Source: Amoeboradix gromovi X-113 (Eukaryota; Fungi; Sanchytriomycota). Taken from it: a stretch of 10,965 nt of DNA. Numbering within the stretch: position 1 is the first letter of the stretch; each line of letters begins with the position of its first letter. Positions 1 to 8,437 of the stretch are shown piece by piece. A program made the position numbers and the translations under genes. The stretch is taken from contig JADGIF010000321.1 in the NCBI GenBank assembly GCA_018985225.1, positions 1-10,965 on the forward strand, read 5' to 3'. The notes below the pieces were generated by a model. It saw only the letters and a program-made list of their open reading frames with translations. It had not been told where the DNA came from and ran no database searches.

Positions 1-70
1 CCTTCTATACTCGTCAACTCCGCAACTAGCTGAATGTCCACTCGCCTTTTAAATCCATAAAGTAATAAAG

Positions 71-134
71 CTGAAATAATGTTCCGAGTTGTTACAGAAA
101 GTTAGTCCAGTTTTTATATTTGATGTCCCCAATG
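71..134. mobile_element. Terminal end (TIR plus subterminal sequence) of a Tc1/mariner-type element, probably continuing off the left edge of the window
   Basis: 71-134 matches 3720-3783 at 53/64 positions ungapped (hand count) and is followed by TA at 135-136. Read inward on the minus strand it is TA|CATTGGGGACATCAAATATAAAAAC, similar to the TA|CAGTG start of Tc1-type TIRs. Confidence 0.7.
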
Positions 135-180
135 TAAAATCGCACTATCACAGCAAGTTGGCATGTGCTATTTAATTATA

Positions 181-186
181 TTTATT
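181..186 (-). terminator. AATAAA polyadenylation-like signal containing the MDH stop codon
   Basis: Minus strand reads TCT AAA TAA A. Confidence 0.5.
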
Positions 187-1150
187 TAGATTGATGTACA
201 AACTCAACACCCTTCTTGATGTTAGCTTTTAATTCATCCAATGCTTTTTCAATCAACTCTTTTTCTCCCGAATTTAGCGGTCCCAAATCATTTACCTTGG
301 AGACTCCATTCGGACCCAGTTCCAAAATGCTACTAAAATAATCAACCCCTTTAGATTTAAATAATGGTGACTCAATAAAGGCAGCTTCTAGCACTCTTTT
401 ACCATTCAAAGCACTTAATAAGCTCAAAGTGAATCGAGCACCTGCAAAGGCCATGCTTAAAGTGGCACTTCCAGCACCGTCCTTGGCTTTAACAACCTCA
501 TCACCACCAAACTGGATTCTCTTTGTCAATGAGGCGACTTGCTCCGGAGTAAATTTATGGCCGCTTTGACTTAATAGTGGCACAATAGAAACCCCTGAAT
601 GGCCTCCAACAACTGGGACCTGCACTTGCTCAGGATCAGTTTTTTTTAGTTCGCCCACGAATTGGCTGGCACGAACAATATCTAAAGTGGTAACCCCAAA
701 CAATTTTCGAGGATCATAAACTTTATGCTTTTTAAATACTTCCGCACAAATAGGAACAGTGGAGTTCACTGGATTACTTATTACTAATACAAATGCCTTC
801 GGACAGTGTTGAGCGCAAGCAGTGGCCAAGTCTCTGACAATTGAAGCATTAATGTTAAACAAATCATCACGAGTCATTCCAGGTTTGCGTGGTACACCTG
901 CTGGAATAACAACAACATTGCTGTCTTTCAATGCAGTTGGAAGATCCGTATGTCCAACCACTTTAGTGCTTGTATTGATGTGACTTAAATCCGCGGCAAC
1001 ACCAACAGAACCTTTAATATCATACAGTGATAATTCCTTTACCAGACTAGACTGCTTCAACAATAGAGACAATGGTTGCCCAATACCACCAGCTGCACCT
1101 AAAACACTAACTTTGTACTGCTTAGAAATAGAACGTCGAAAAGCCAACAT
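182..1150 (-). CDS. MDH1: Malate dehydrogenase, mitochondrial/glyoxysomal type (322 aa)
   Basis: Motifs [39 protein letters not shown] (substrate-specificity Arg), ISNPVN, VVGGHSG and AGSATLSMA. The start is moved from 1279 to the ATG at 1150 ([10 protein letters not shown], basic and presequence-like) because the longer version overlaps the conserved N-terminus of the opposite-strand gene. Confidence 0.96.
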   Translation of the reverse strand: MLAFRRSISKQYKVSVLGAAGGIGQPLSLLLKQSSLVKELSLYDIKGSVGVAADLSHINTSTKVVGHTDLPTALKDSNVVVIPAGVPRKPGMTRDDLFNINASIVRDLATACAQHCPKAFVLVISNPVNSTVPICAEVFKKHKVYDPRKLFGVTTLDIVRASQFVGELKKTDPEQVQVPVVGGHSGVSIVPLLSQSGHKFTPEQVASLTKRIQFGGDEVVKAKDGAGSATLSMAFAGARFTLSLLSALNGKRVLEAAFIESPLFKSKGVDYFSSILELGPNGVSKVNDLGPLNSGEKELIEKALDELKANIKKGVEFVHQSK

Positions 1151-1201
1151 TTTGTTTGAAAAATCTCCATAGAAAATATTCCAAACTAGCCCCAAATCAA
1201 T
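1151..1201. promoter_or_regulatory. 51-bp divergent intergenic region, putative bidirectional promoter
   Basis: Lies between the MDH ATG (1150, -) and the DENND6-like ATG (1202, +). Positional evidence only. Confidence 0.5.
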
Positions 1202-2713
1202 ATGAAGCATATTGCTGGATTCAATAAAGACTGGTTGGATGCCATATTCGTCATCAACTTTCATGTAGATAGAGGACAAGAAATAGAAGAGACAATCACA
1301 TGGACAGATAGTGAAATGGCATTTGATTCAGAAATGCTAAATCATGTTAAATACCACGCATTTCCAGACATTAATATGCAAGAAATGACCAATATGATAT
1401 ATTGTTTTACTTATGAAGACTATTACATGTATACCTATTTCACACAGCAGAAACAAATTAATTTAAAGCGAGGTGCGCTTCAGAAATCCGTAGTTATATG
1501 CACCAAACTAAAGCACAATTGGTTTGGAATGTTCAAAGCGATACTTACAACTGTAGGCCCATTGTTTATAGAGATGGGTTTACCTATAATTGAGGATTTA
1601 ATGCAGACTCTAGGTCAAACTCCGGTGCATGAGCGCATAGTGTTGTTTGGTAACATGTTGTACAACAAATGCAACGTCCTGAGCATGTTTACAATATCAG
1701 ATATGCTCACTATCTGGGAGCTGCTCATAACCGGTAATGGTTTGTTGATAAACGGCTCGTATCCTTGTGATTGTACTGTGATGAGTTTTGGTTGTCTTTT
1801 GCTACTGGATCCCTTAGAAATAGATGTAGTTCCTTACTACACAATACATCAGAAAGACATCAAAGAACATCAGCAATACAAAAATTCAATTTTAGCCGTA
1901 GCTAACCCTTTTCTAGTTTCTAAATTAAATTGGCCAAACATCCTTACCAACAAAGGACTCTCTTCTTCTTTTAAGACTATATTTCCCTCTCAGGATATTC
2001 AACTAGATGATGAGTTTTCCTTAAAACTCTATTTTTATAATCTTAATGAGAAATTTGTTCAGCCTATTAACTCATTTCTTAATATGCTGCTGCCTAATAT
2101 TGTCATATTGATGAAGCATGTACATTTAAAATCATTTCAAATTGCAGAATTCTTAAAATATCTAGATTCGGCATATATCCCGATAAGCAAAGAATTTCAC
2201 ATAAAAAATAAAGACATTATCGAGGTGTATAAACAATTTGTCAAAACCGCAATGTTTACAAGATATTTAAGTCGGCAGATCTCCAAGACAGAAAATTTGC
2301 TGAGATTTAGATATCTGGAGTTGCTAGCAACATTCAACTTGCAGGAATGGGCATCGAAAAAGACTGAGCTGGAGTTTGTTGAGCTTCTCATTAAAATCAG
2401 GGAAGTGGTAACGTTATTTGACCCAAAAATGTACACTGTTGAAGATGAGAGAAGTAGAACCTCAAGTGCTCCTCCAGTCATGTACTCCAGTTTAGCAGAA
2501 TCTATCAGTCTTGTAGGGTCCCCTAATAGTGAGCTGACGACTAGCCCTGAAGGAGATTTAACTGTGCAAATTATCACAAGAGAAGAGCCTTTGCAACGAG
2601 AATTAAAGCATTTACTAAAGAGATTATCGTGGCAAACAGACAGGTTGATTGCATTGGTACCTCATGAATTACACAGTTCGCTTCCCAAAATACCATTTGA
2701 CAAATGGATTTAA
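1202..2713 (+). CDS. DENND6: DENND6/FAM116-family DENN-domain protein (putative Rab GEF), 503 aa
   Basis: Collinear family motifs recognised by eye: [31 protein letters not shown]...[33 protein letters not shown]...WPNIL and the C-terminal [13 protein letters not shown]. Confidence 0.85.
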   Translation: MKHIAGFNKDWLDAIFVINFHVDRGQEIEETITWTDSEMAFDSEMLNHVKYHAFPDINMQEMTNMIYCFTYEDYYMYTYFTQQKQINLKRGALQKSVVICTKLKHNWFGMFKAILTTVGPLFIEMGLPIIEDLMQTLGQTPVHERIVLFGNMLYNKCNVLSMFTISDMLTIWELLITGNGLLINGSYPCDCTVMSFGCLLLLDPLEIDVVPYYTIHQKDIKEHQQYKNSILAVANPFLVSKLNWPNILTNKGLSSSFKTIFPSQDIQLDDEFSLKLYFYNLNEKFVQPINSFLNMLLPNIVILMKHVHLKSFQIAEFLKYLDSAYIPISKEFHIKNKDIIEVYKQFVKTAMFTRYLSRQISKTENLLRFRYLELLATFNLQEWASKKTELEFVELLIKIREVVTLFDPKMYTVEDERSRTSSAPPVMYSSLAESISLVGSPNSELTTSPEGDLTVQIITREEPLQRELKHLLKRLSWQTDRLIALVPHELHSSLPKIPFDKWI

Positions 2714-2717
2714 TAAA
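2712..2717 (+). terminator. AATAAA overlapping the DENND6 stop codon
   Basis: Reads ATT TAA TAA A. Confidence 0.5.
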
Positions 2718-2774
2718 CAGACTTAAAATAATGGACCGCAACATCAGTAAAATTACAAGATGTTCACCGCCCAA

Positions 2775-3400
2775 AGTTCGCGTCGGCGCTTCTTTGTCCG
2801 ACTGCATTTACTGTATCCACAAAGCAACATCCGTTTTTCACAGCGCGTGCATAATTCTGCTCTTTAATCACCTGATCAACTTTTCCAATTTCCCAACAAA
2901 TATTCTGCTGAACTAGACAAAGATTTCAAAAAATAAACAGTTCAACATGTAATCCTGTAATTTTGTGCTGTTTTTGTTTACTCGTTGTTATGCAACTAAT
3001 TTCGGACATTTCGTAATTGCCGCAGGGTGTGTGAAATGGAAGCGCAATAACTGGTATCGCGTAAATGTTTATTTTACCGGGCTACCTACCGAAATACTGA
3101 GGCTTGTTTAAGAAAGGCGCAGTAACCATATTCACTGAGGATTCGTTTAAGCTAGATAATGCTCCCACACATGTTAAATCGAGGTTAAATGGTGAGAAGA
3201 TTGGTGTCAATTTGGGATGGAAATGCAATTCAATCAGCTAGAAAATAATAAAAGAGGATTTTATTTATTTTAATTCTATGTTGATAGTATTAGAGGAACC
3301 ACTAGCTCAGATCCCCAAAGATCTTGTGTACGTCAGTTTTCAGGAATGCGAAGTACAAGAATATGATTTGAAGCGTGTCAATGAGATTTTGAAGAAATAT
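2775..3400 (+). pseudogene. Decayed Tc1/mariner-family (DD34E-like) transposase remnant
   Basis: Broken frames give Tc1-like motifs in the expected order: RRRF (2781), HPFFTAR (2828), NILLN*TKI (about 2899-2925), GHFVIAAGCVKW (3004-3039), FKLDNAPTH (D at 3155), GVNLGWKCNS then NQLEN (E at 3241), and EEPLAQIPKDL...KRVNEILK (in the 3278 ORF). Several stops and frameshifts; boundaries are approximate. Confidence 0.6.
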
Positions 3401-3488
3401 TCCAAGACCCAGGGAGTCGACTTGCAATTAAATCAAAGTATTTTACACGAACTCCAGATCTCTAATTGATCAACTTTCTATACTTATA

Positions 3489-3783
3489 TAACTGGGACAC
3501 CAAATATAAAAACTAGACCAAGTCATTTTTAAAGGAGGTGCACCATAAGGAGGAAATACTGTTATTGATAAAAGTCCTTTTTCTTTCATTGATGTCATTC
3601 CTCTCTTATAATAAAACAAGATGACCCACTATCTCTTTCAAATATACGAGGTCTTTGAGTGTCTAAGCAAAATGTGCAACCAATAAGATTAATTTAATTT
3701 ACTTTCGGTTAATACACACCTGAAATAATGATTCAAACTATTGCAGAAAGTTAGTCTAGTTTTTATATTTCATGTCCCAATTG
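3489..3783. mobile_element. Non-autonomous 295-bp MITE-like element with 33-bp terminal inverted repeats
   Basis: 3489-3521 and the reverse complement of 3751-3783 match at 28/33 positions. TA precedes the left end (3487-3488), while the right flank is TT (degenerate). No internal ORF in the track. Confidence 0.72.
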
Positions 3784-4493
3784 TTAATGTTGAAAAGATT
3801 TTCAAAAGGCTATGCTATGGTCAGGTTGTCATATGAAGTTTGGCACGCAATTTACAGCGGCTCACAAGTCTTACGTTGCGCTGTGAGACAATATTGGTAG
3901 ACATCTAATCTGTCTTCAAGTTCTTGATTGCGCCTATTAAATTCGAATGCGTGAGTGTTTGTATACACGTTTTCAAATCGGTAGCGCTGTATTCTTGAAG
4001 TAGAAGGCTTATTATCGGTACTTAGAATTTCTATCTTCAACTAAGCGACAAGATAAATCACAACTTTGTAAATTCCTATATCCTGCATACTATCTCCGAA
4101 ATGATATTGTTTGATCTGTTTATTTCTCACTATAACACACAGTTCTATTAGATTCATCTCTGCAAAAGAGACCACTAAAAGGGCTTTGGAAATAAAATAG
4201 TAATTCTGAACACAGTTTTTGTTGCTACTATTGGATATGTGATTTTGCTGCAGATTTCGTCAATTTGGCCAGGATAGACTCTTTTGTAACGAGCTAAATG
4301 AATCGAAATAATGTTTGACATAAAAACTGCAAACGGACAAGTGCTGGAAAAAATATAAATAATTTTATGAACAAAGCGGATGCTATTGGTATGAAAATAT
4401 CTGTTTGTGATTGTGCGGTATCTAAACAGCCTTATAAATATGCTCCATATTCCAAAAAGCATTACCGGGATATGAACGATATCGGGTGAAACA

Positions 4494-5441
4494 ATGACCC
4501 AAGCTGACTGGAAGTCTGAGAATATCCCGAATTTAAAAGGGAAAGTGGTAGTGGTTACAGGTGCAAATAGCGGAATTGGATATCAAACAGCGCTGGAGTT
4601 GGCAAGAAAGGAAGCAACTGTTTGGATGGGATGTCGAGATGAGAAAAGAGCGGAGACAGCAATTGCTTTGCTTAAGTTATCTGTTCCAAATGCCGATATT
4701 ATATTTGGAAAATTAGACTTGAGTGATTTGTCAAGTATTAAAGAATTTGCCAAGCTAGTAAGCGCGAAGTCGTCAAAGATTGACATTTTAATCAACAATG
4801 CCGGTATAATGGCTTTGCCTGAGAGAACTTTGACCAAAGATGGGTTTGAAATGCAAATGGGCACTAACCATATGGGCCATTATGCGTTAACTGGACTATT
4901 AATGCCGCTAATTTTAAAAAGTGATAAAGCACGAATTGTGAATGTCAGTAGTTCAGCGCAACAATTTGGAGCCAAATATGATTTTGACAACTTTGATTAT
5001 TCCAAAGGTGGGTATGGTGCTTGGAGAGCGTATGGAAATTCAAAATTGGCAAATATGCTGTTTAGCTTAAGTCTGCAGCAGAAAATTGAGTCTGAGAAAT
5101 TAAACATCATTGTTACTTCTTGTCACCCAGGTTACACGGCCACGAATTTACAATATACTGGTCCACAGGCTAAAGAAGGAACTTTTTATGCTCGAGTAAT
5201 CGGGTTCATGAACTATATCTTTGGGCAATCAGAGGCTATGGGAGCATTGCCTACTTTATACGCTGCGATTTCTGACAAGGTGGAGAAGAATGGGTACTAT
5301 GGGCCCAAAGGATTTATGGAAATGAGAGGATATCCGAAAGCTGTAAAACCTTCAAAGCTAGCACTGGACGAAGAAATGGCCTCTAAACTTTGGAATTACA
5401 GCGAGAAAAAGACAGGGGTAAAGTACGTGTTTAAACAATAA
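4494..5441 (+). CDS. Classical short-chain dehydrogenase/reductase, retinol-DH/WWOX-like subgroup (315 aa)
   Basis: TGANSGIG cofactor motif, LDLSDL, LINNAG, VNVSS, catalytic YGNSK, HPG and C-terminal GALPTLYAA...YYGPKGFMEMRGYP...LWNYSEKKTG. Confidence 0.93.
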   Translation: MTQADWKSENIPNLKGKVVVVTGANSGIGYQTALELARKEATVWMGCRDEKRAETAIALLKLSVPNADIIFGKLDLSDLSSIKEFAKLVSAKSSKIDILINNAGIMALPERTLTKDGFEMQMGTNHMGHYALTGLLMPLILKSDKARIVNVSSSAQQFGAKYDFDNFDYSKGGYGAWRAYGNSKLANMLFSLSLQQKIESEKLNIIVTSCHPGYTATNLQYTGPQAKEGTFYARVIGFMNYIFGQSEAMGALPTLYAAISDKVEKNGYYGPKGFMEMRGYPKAVKPSKLALDEEMASKLWNYSEKKTGVKYVFKQ

Positions 5442-5442
5442 A
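5437..5442 (+). terminator. AATAAA containing the SDR stop codon
   Basis: Reads CAA TAA A. Confidence 0.5.
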
Positions 5443-5527
5443 CTTAATATCTTAAAGCTTCTATTTTAGCAAAATATCTCTAATTATCAACTTGGACATT
5501 GATTATAATAAATTTACTTTATACAAC

Positions 5528-7233
5528 TCACATAATGACCATAAAGCCCATTACCCATCCAATCACTGCTTTGTTCATAAACCCCTCAGAATTTGGTGCT
5601 AATTCTTCCGTTGGAATGCTCAATTTGCTGCTCAGATATGAGTTTAGCAAATCGCTATAGCTCATCAAGTAACCGCTTGTAGTCTCTTCCCTGTTCTGAA
5701 CTGTTCCAGCTGCAGGCACAGTAGAAAGGATAGTTTCAACAACATCTGCTGATGACGCTGACGACAATTGCTCATCATCCACAAACGCTTTTGTGCTTGT
5801 GTATGGGGGTTCAATTGCATTTGTAGTATCTCCAGAAGGTGTTTGAGCCTTAGTAGTCTTAGGGTCTTCATTGCCGACAACTGTTGTATCCGGTGTTTCA
5901 AATTCAGGACTAGCAGATGAGCTGGCTGGCTCAAATTCAGCACTAGCAGATGAGCTGGCTGGCTCAAATTCAGGACTAGCAGATGAGCTGGCTGGCTCAA
6001 ATTCAGCACTAGCAGATGAGGTGGCTGGCTCAAACTCAGCACTAGCAGATGAGGTGGCTGGCTCAAACTCAGCACTAGCAGATGAACTGGCTGGCTCGAT
6101 TTTAGAAGTAGCAGATGAGGTGGCTGGCTCAAATTCAGCACTAGCAGATGAGCTGGCTGGCTCAAACTCAGCACTAGCAGATGAGCTGGCTAGCTCAAAC
6201 TCAGCACTAGCAGATGAGCTGGCTGGCTCGATTTTAGAAGTAGCGGCAGGAACAGTGTCAACGGTACTTTCAACAGAATCAACTAAAGAAGAAACTTCTT
6301 CCAATGTAGTCAAGATTTCTGGGACATCAGAAGAAGATACGTCTGGATTCGATTCGATTGTCGAGCTCAACACCTTTGTTGTTTCTTTAACATCCTCTGC
6401 ATTTGAAGCTGTTGACGTTTCTACAGCTGCTGATTCTAAACTCTCCAATATTTCTGAGCTTAATATTTCAATTTCTAAGTTAATTTCAAAGTACCCATAT
6501 CTGTAGTAGTCAATTTAGTTACATCTAAAGTAGCTGTCAGTTTTTCTAGTGTGGAAGTCTCAAATGTAGTAGATTCAAAGTATTCGGAAGTTGCAAATTC
6601 CTCACCGACTAAAGTGATGTTTAAACCTTGAGAATAAGCACCTCTATAAGTGTGTTTGTATAAGTCGCCATCTTCTTTTAAATCACCGATTGCCCAAACA
6701 ATGTCGTTTAAACCAACAAAGAGGTTGTTGGTGAAGCCATTAATGCCATGGGCAGATCTTGAGAAAGCAACGTAAAAACGATTATTTTTATATCCTACGC
6801 TAACATCTTGAATGTCGTCATTAGGAAATGCAACTGGGGTACTGTAAGCGTCAACAACTTTTCGTGATTCCACGTAGAAAGTGTTGTTAAAATCACGGAA
6901 GACCATTATATCAGCATCATTCATACTACCGCCAAACCCAATAGCAGAATACCCGTAGGCTGCAGACACATCCACTCTAAAGTGAGCTCTACCTAGGCTT
7001 ATATAGCCACTAATGCACACGTCGACCCCATGGTAGCAAGTCATATCAAAACCAGGGATATACGGAGTTTCGGTTTCTGTAATAATCTCAGATTGGCTGT
7101 AGTCCATAGAGATATCAGCAGTCCATGGCTCTACAGTAGTTGCCTCTTCGCTGGATAGAGCGAATTCATCGTAACTGCTTTGAGAGTCAGTCAGTTCTGC
7201 GTAGAGAGAAATCAACAGGAGCTTAAAAATCAT
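5528..7233 (-). CDS. Secreted, putatively GPI-anchored DOMON-domain protein with Ser/Thr/Ala/Glu-rich repeat stalk; two exons (7233-6495 and 6474-5528), 561 aa
   Basis: Short signal peptide MIFKLLLISLYA; DOMON motifs GYSAIGFGGSMNDADIMV, FYVAFSR, IVWAIG and YKHTYRG; low-complexity stalk; C-terminal NSEG followed by a hydrophobic tail AVIGWVMGFMVIM. The two track ORFs join in frame after removing 6475-6494. Confidence 0.82.
5898..6244 (-). repeat. Coding minisatellite, 33-bp unit, 10 full copies plus a partial one, encoding EPA(S/T)SSAS(A/P)EF
   Basis: Units start on the + strand at 5898, 5931, 5964, 5997, 6030, 6063, 6096, 6129, 6162, 6195 and 6228, with consensus tcaaaytcagcactagcagatgagctggctggc. 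Confidence 0.97.
6475..6494 (-). other. Putative 20-nt spliceosomal intron GTACTTTGAAATTAACTTAG
   Basis: GT donor, TTAAC branch-like motif and TAG acceptor. Removal gives ...GAT ATG G|AA ATT GAA ATA TTA AGC..., which deletes the stop and restores the frame. Confidence 0.72.
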
Positions 7234-8420
7234 CTTAGTAATGTGGCTAGTATTTTCACATGTTTATATATCCAGAGTGACATATGGATAATACGTTTTT
7301 GGCCTATGGTCAATGTTGTTTACACCATCTCATGTCTACTAGCCATGTCATAACACAAATTAGAAAAGTTGATGTTTTAACATTCCTTGTCAACTTGTAT
7401 GTACGCAGGATATATTAGAAACTACAGCTGAACATATGGCGGGCTTTGCGATTTCATTCAAACTCTGTAGTTTTGCAATCATTCTTTGGTGTTCACCAAA
7501 TGTTATACATAATACTCATGATTTTGTTATCAACTTTTTATTTCGAGCGATGTGCCACTGAGAGCAAGGCTTTCGCCAGCATTAATTGCCTTGTAGATTT
7601 AATCTCAAGTTCATAGCTAATTTGATCAGAAATGAAAGCTCCCTTGGTTTTTAACTAATTGCTCAAGTAAGCCAATACTCATTCGAGGGGATCCAAATTG
7701 ATTTCACTGTTTATAAAAACCAATCTGAAACTAGCTCGAGATTGTTAGAAGCGGAAACTCACTTCTGTCCCCATAATCTCAAGTTCCTCACAATTGAGGT
7801 AACTTTTAAAAAATTGTTTTGCCAAAGATGCTTTTTAAAAGTGATTGTTTACGAAACCAAAACCCAATGTTCAAGCTGCATTCTCATCACCACTGGACCC
7901 TGAATAAATATCGAATAAGGACGAATACATTTAATTTATACGTCCGTTGTTGCAGACTTGTATATCTAATATCAAATGACCTCATTAATAATTCCTGCGC
8001 CAATAATGACCTTGGAAAAAGTGTATATATGCAATCCAATGACCCTTTTTGTTTACCGGATAAGAATCTCGCAAATAGTACAATTTCTTTCAAGGAAGAT
8101 GTGGGAATACCTAGTGACTATGTAAATGATTAAGGTCTCTTTGCTGACGTTTTTGGAGAAATTTGATAATTCTTACAGAAGAGTGAAGTCACTATTTACC
8201 AGCGATACCCTTTATTTGACAAATTCTTGGCCGTTATTATTTGGAGACTTTTACAGTTAGTAAAAGAAAATTATCGCGCTATTACGAATTTATAAAAAGT
8301 CTAAAAAGAGAGTCTGTTCGAGATATGTAGCTCATCTTATCACAATAAATGGTTTATTTAATCAAAATCCCAAATTGTTAAATCTTAATCATACAGGAGT
8401 AAATGAGACTTTAAAATAGA

Positions 8421-8426
8421 TTTATT
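8421..8426 (-). terminator. AATAAA 11 nt downstream of the UBC12 stop codon
   Basis: Minus strand reads TAA GGCGAAAAGTC AATAAA. Confidence 0.45.
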
Positions 8427-8437
8427 GACTTTTCGCC

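Noticed and set aside
176-190. MDH ends ...QSK*I*, suggesting a cryptic PTS1 by stop readthrough
   Set aside because: Readthrough would end in K-X-I rather than an SKL-type tripeptide, and TAA-A is a poor readthrough context.
1151-1279. 43-aa N-terminal extension of MDH in the ORF track, overlapping DENND6
   Set aside because: It has no MDH or presequence character and is partly antisense to the conserved DENND6 N-terminus. The ATG at 1150 is the better start.
2197-2807. Minus-strand ORFs 2197-2577 and 2574-2807
   Set aside because: Largely antisense shadows of DENND6 with no recognisable motifs.
2764-2948. Possible minus-strand mini-gene with a 26-nt GT-AG intron (2913-2938)
   Set aside because: The 52-aa product is unrecognisable, there is no branch motif, and the region is better explained as the antisense of the transposase relic.
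3852-4462. Short ORFs 3852-4040 and 4175-4462
   Set aside because: No recognisable motifs; cannot be supported as genes.
4583-4864. Minus-strand 93-aa ORF
   Set aside because: Antisense shadow of the SDR.
5665-6506. Overlapping ORFs 5665-6174 (-) and 5871-6506 (+); CRISPR-like periodicity
   Set aside because: The 33-bp unit is stop-free in several frames, which creates shadow ORFs. The units are contiguous with no unique spacers, so this is not a CRISPR array.
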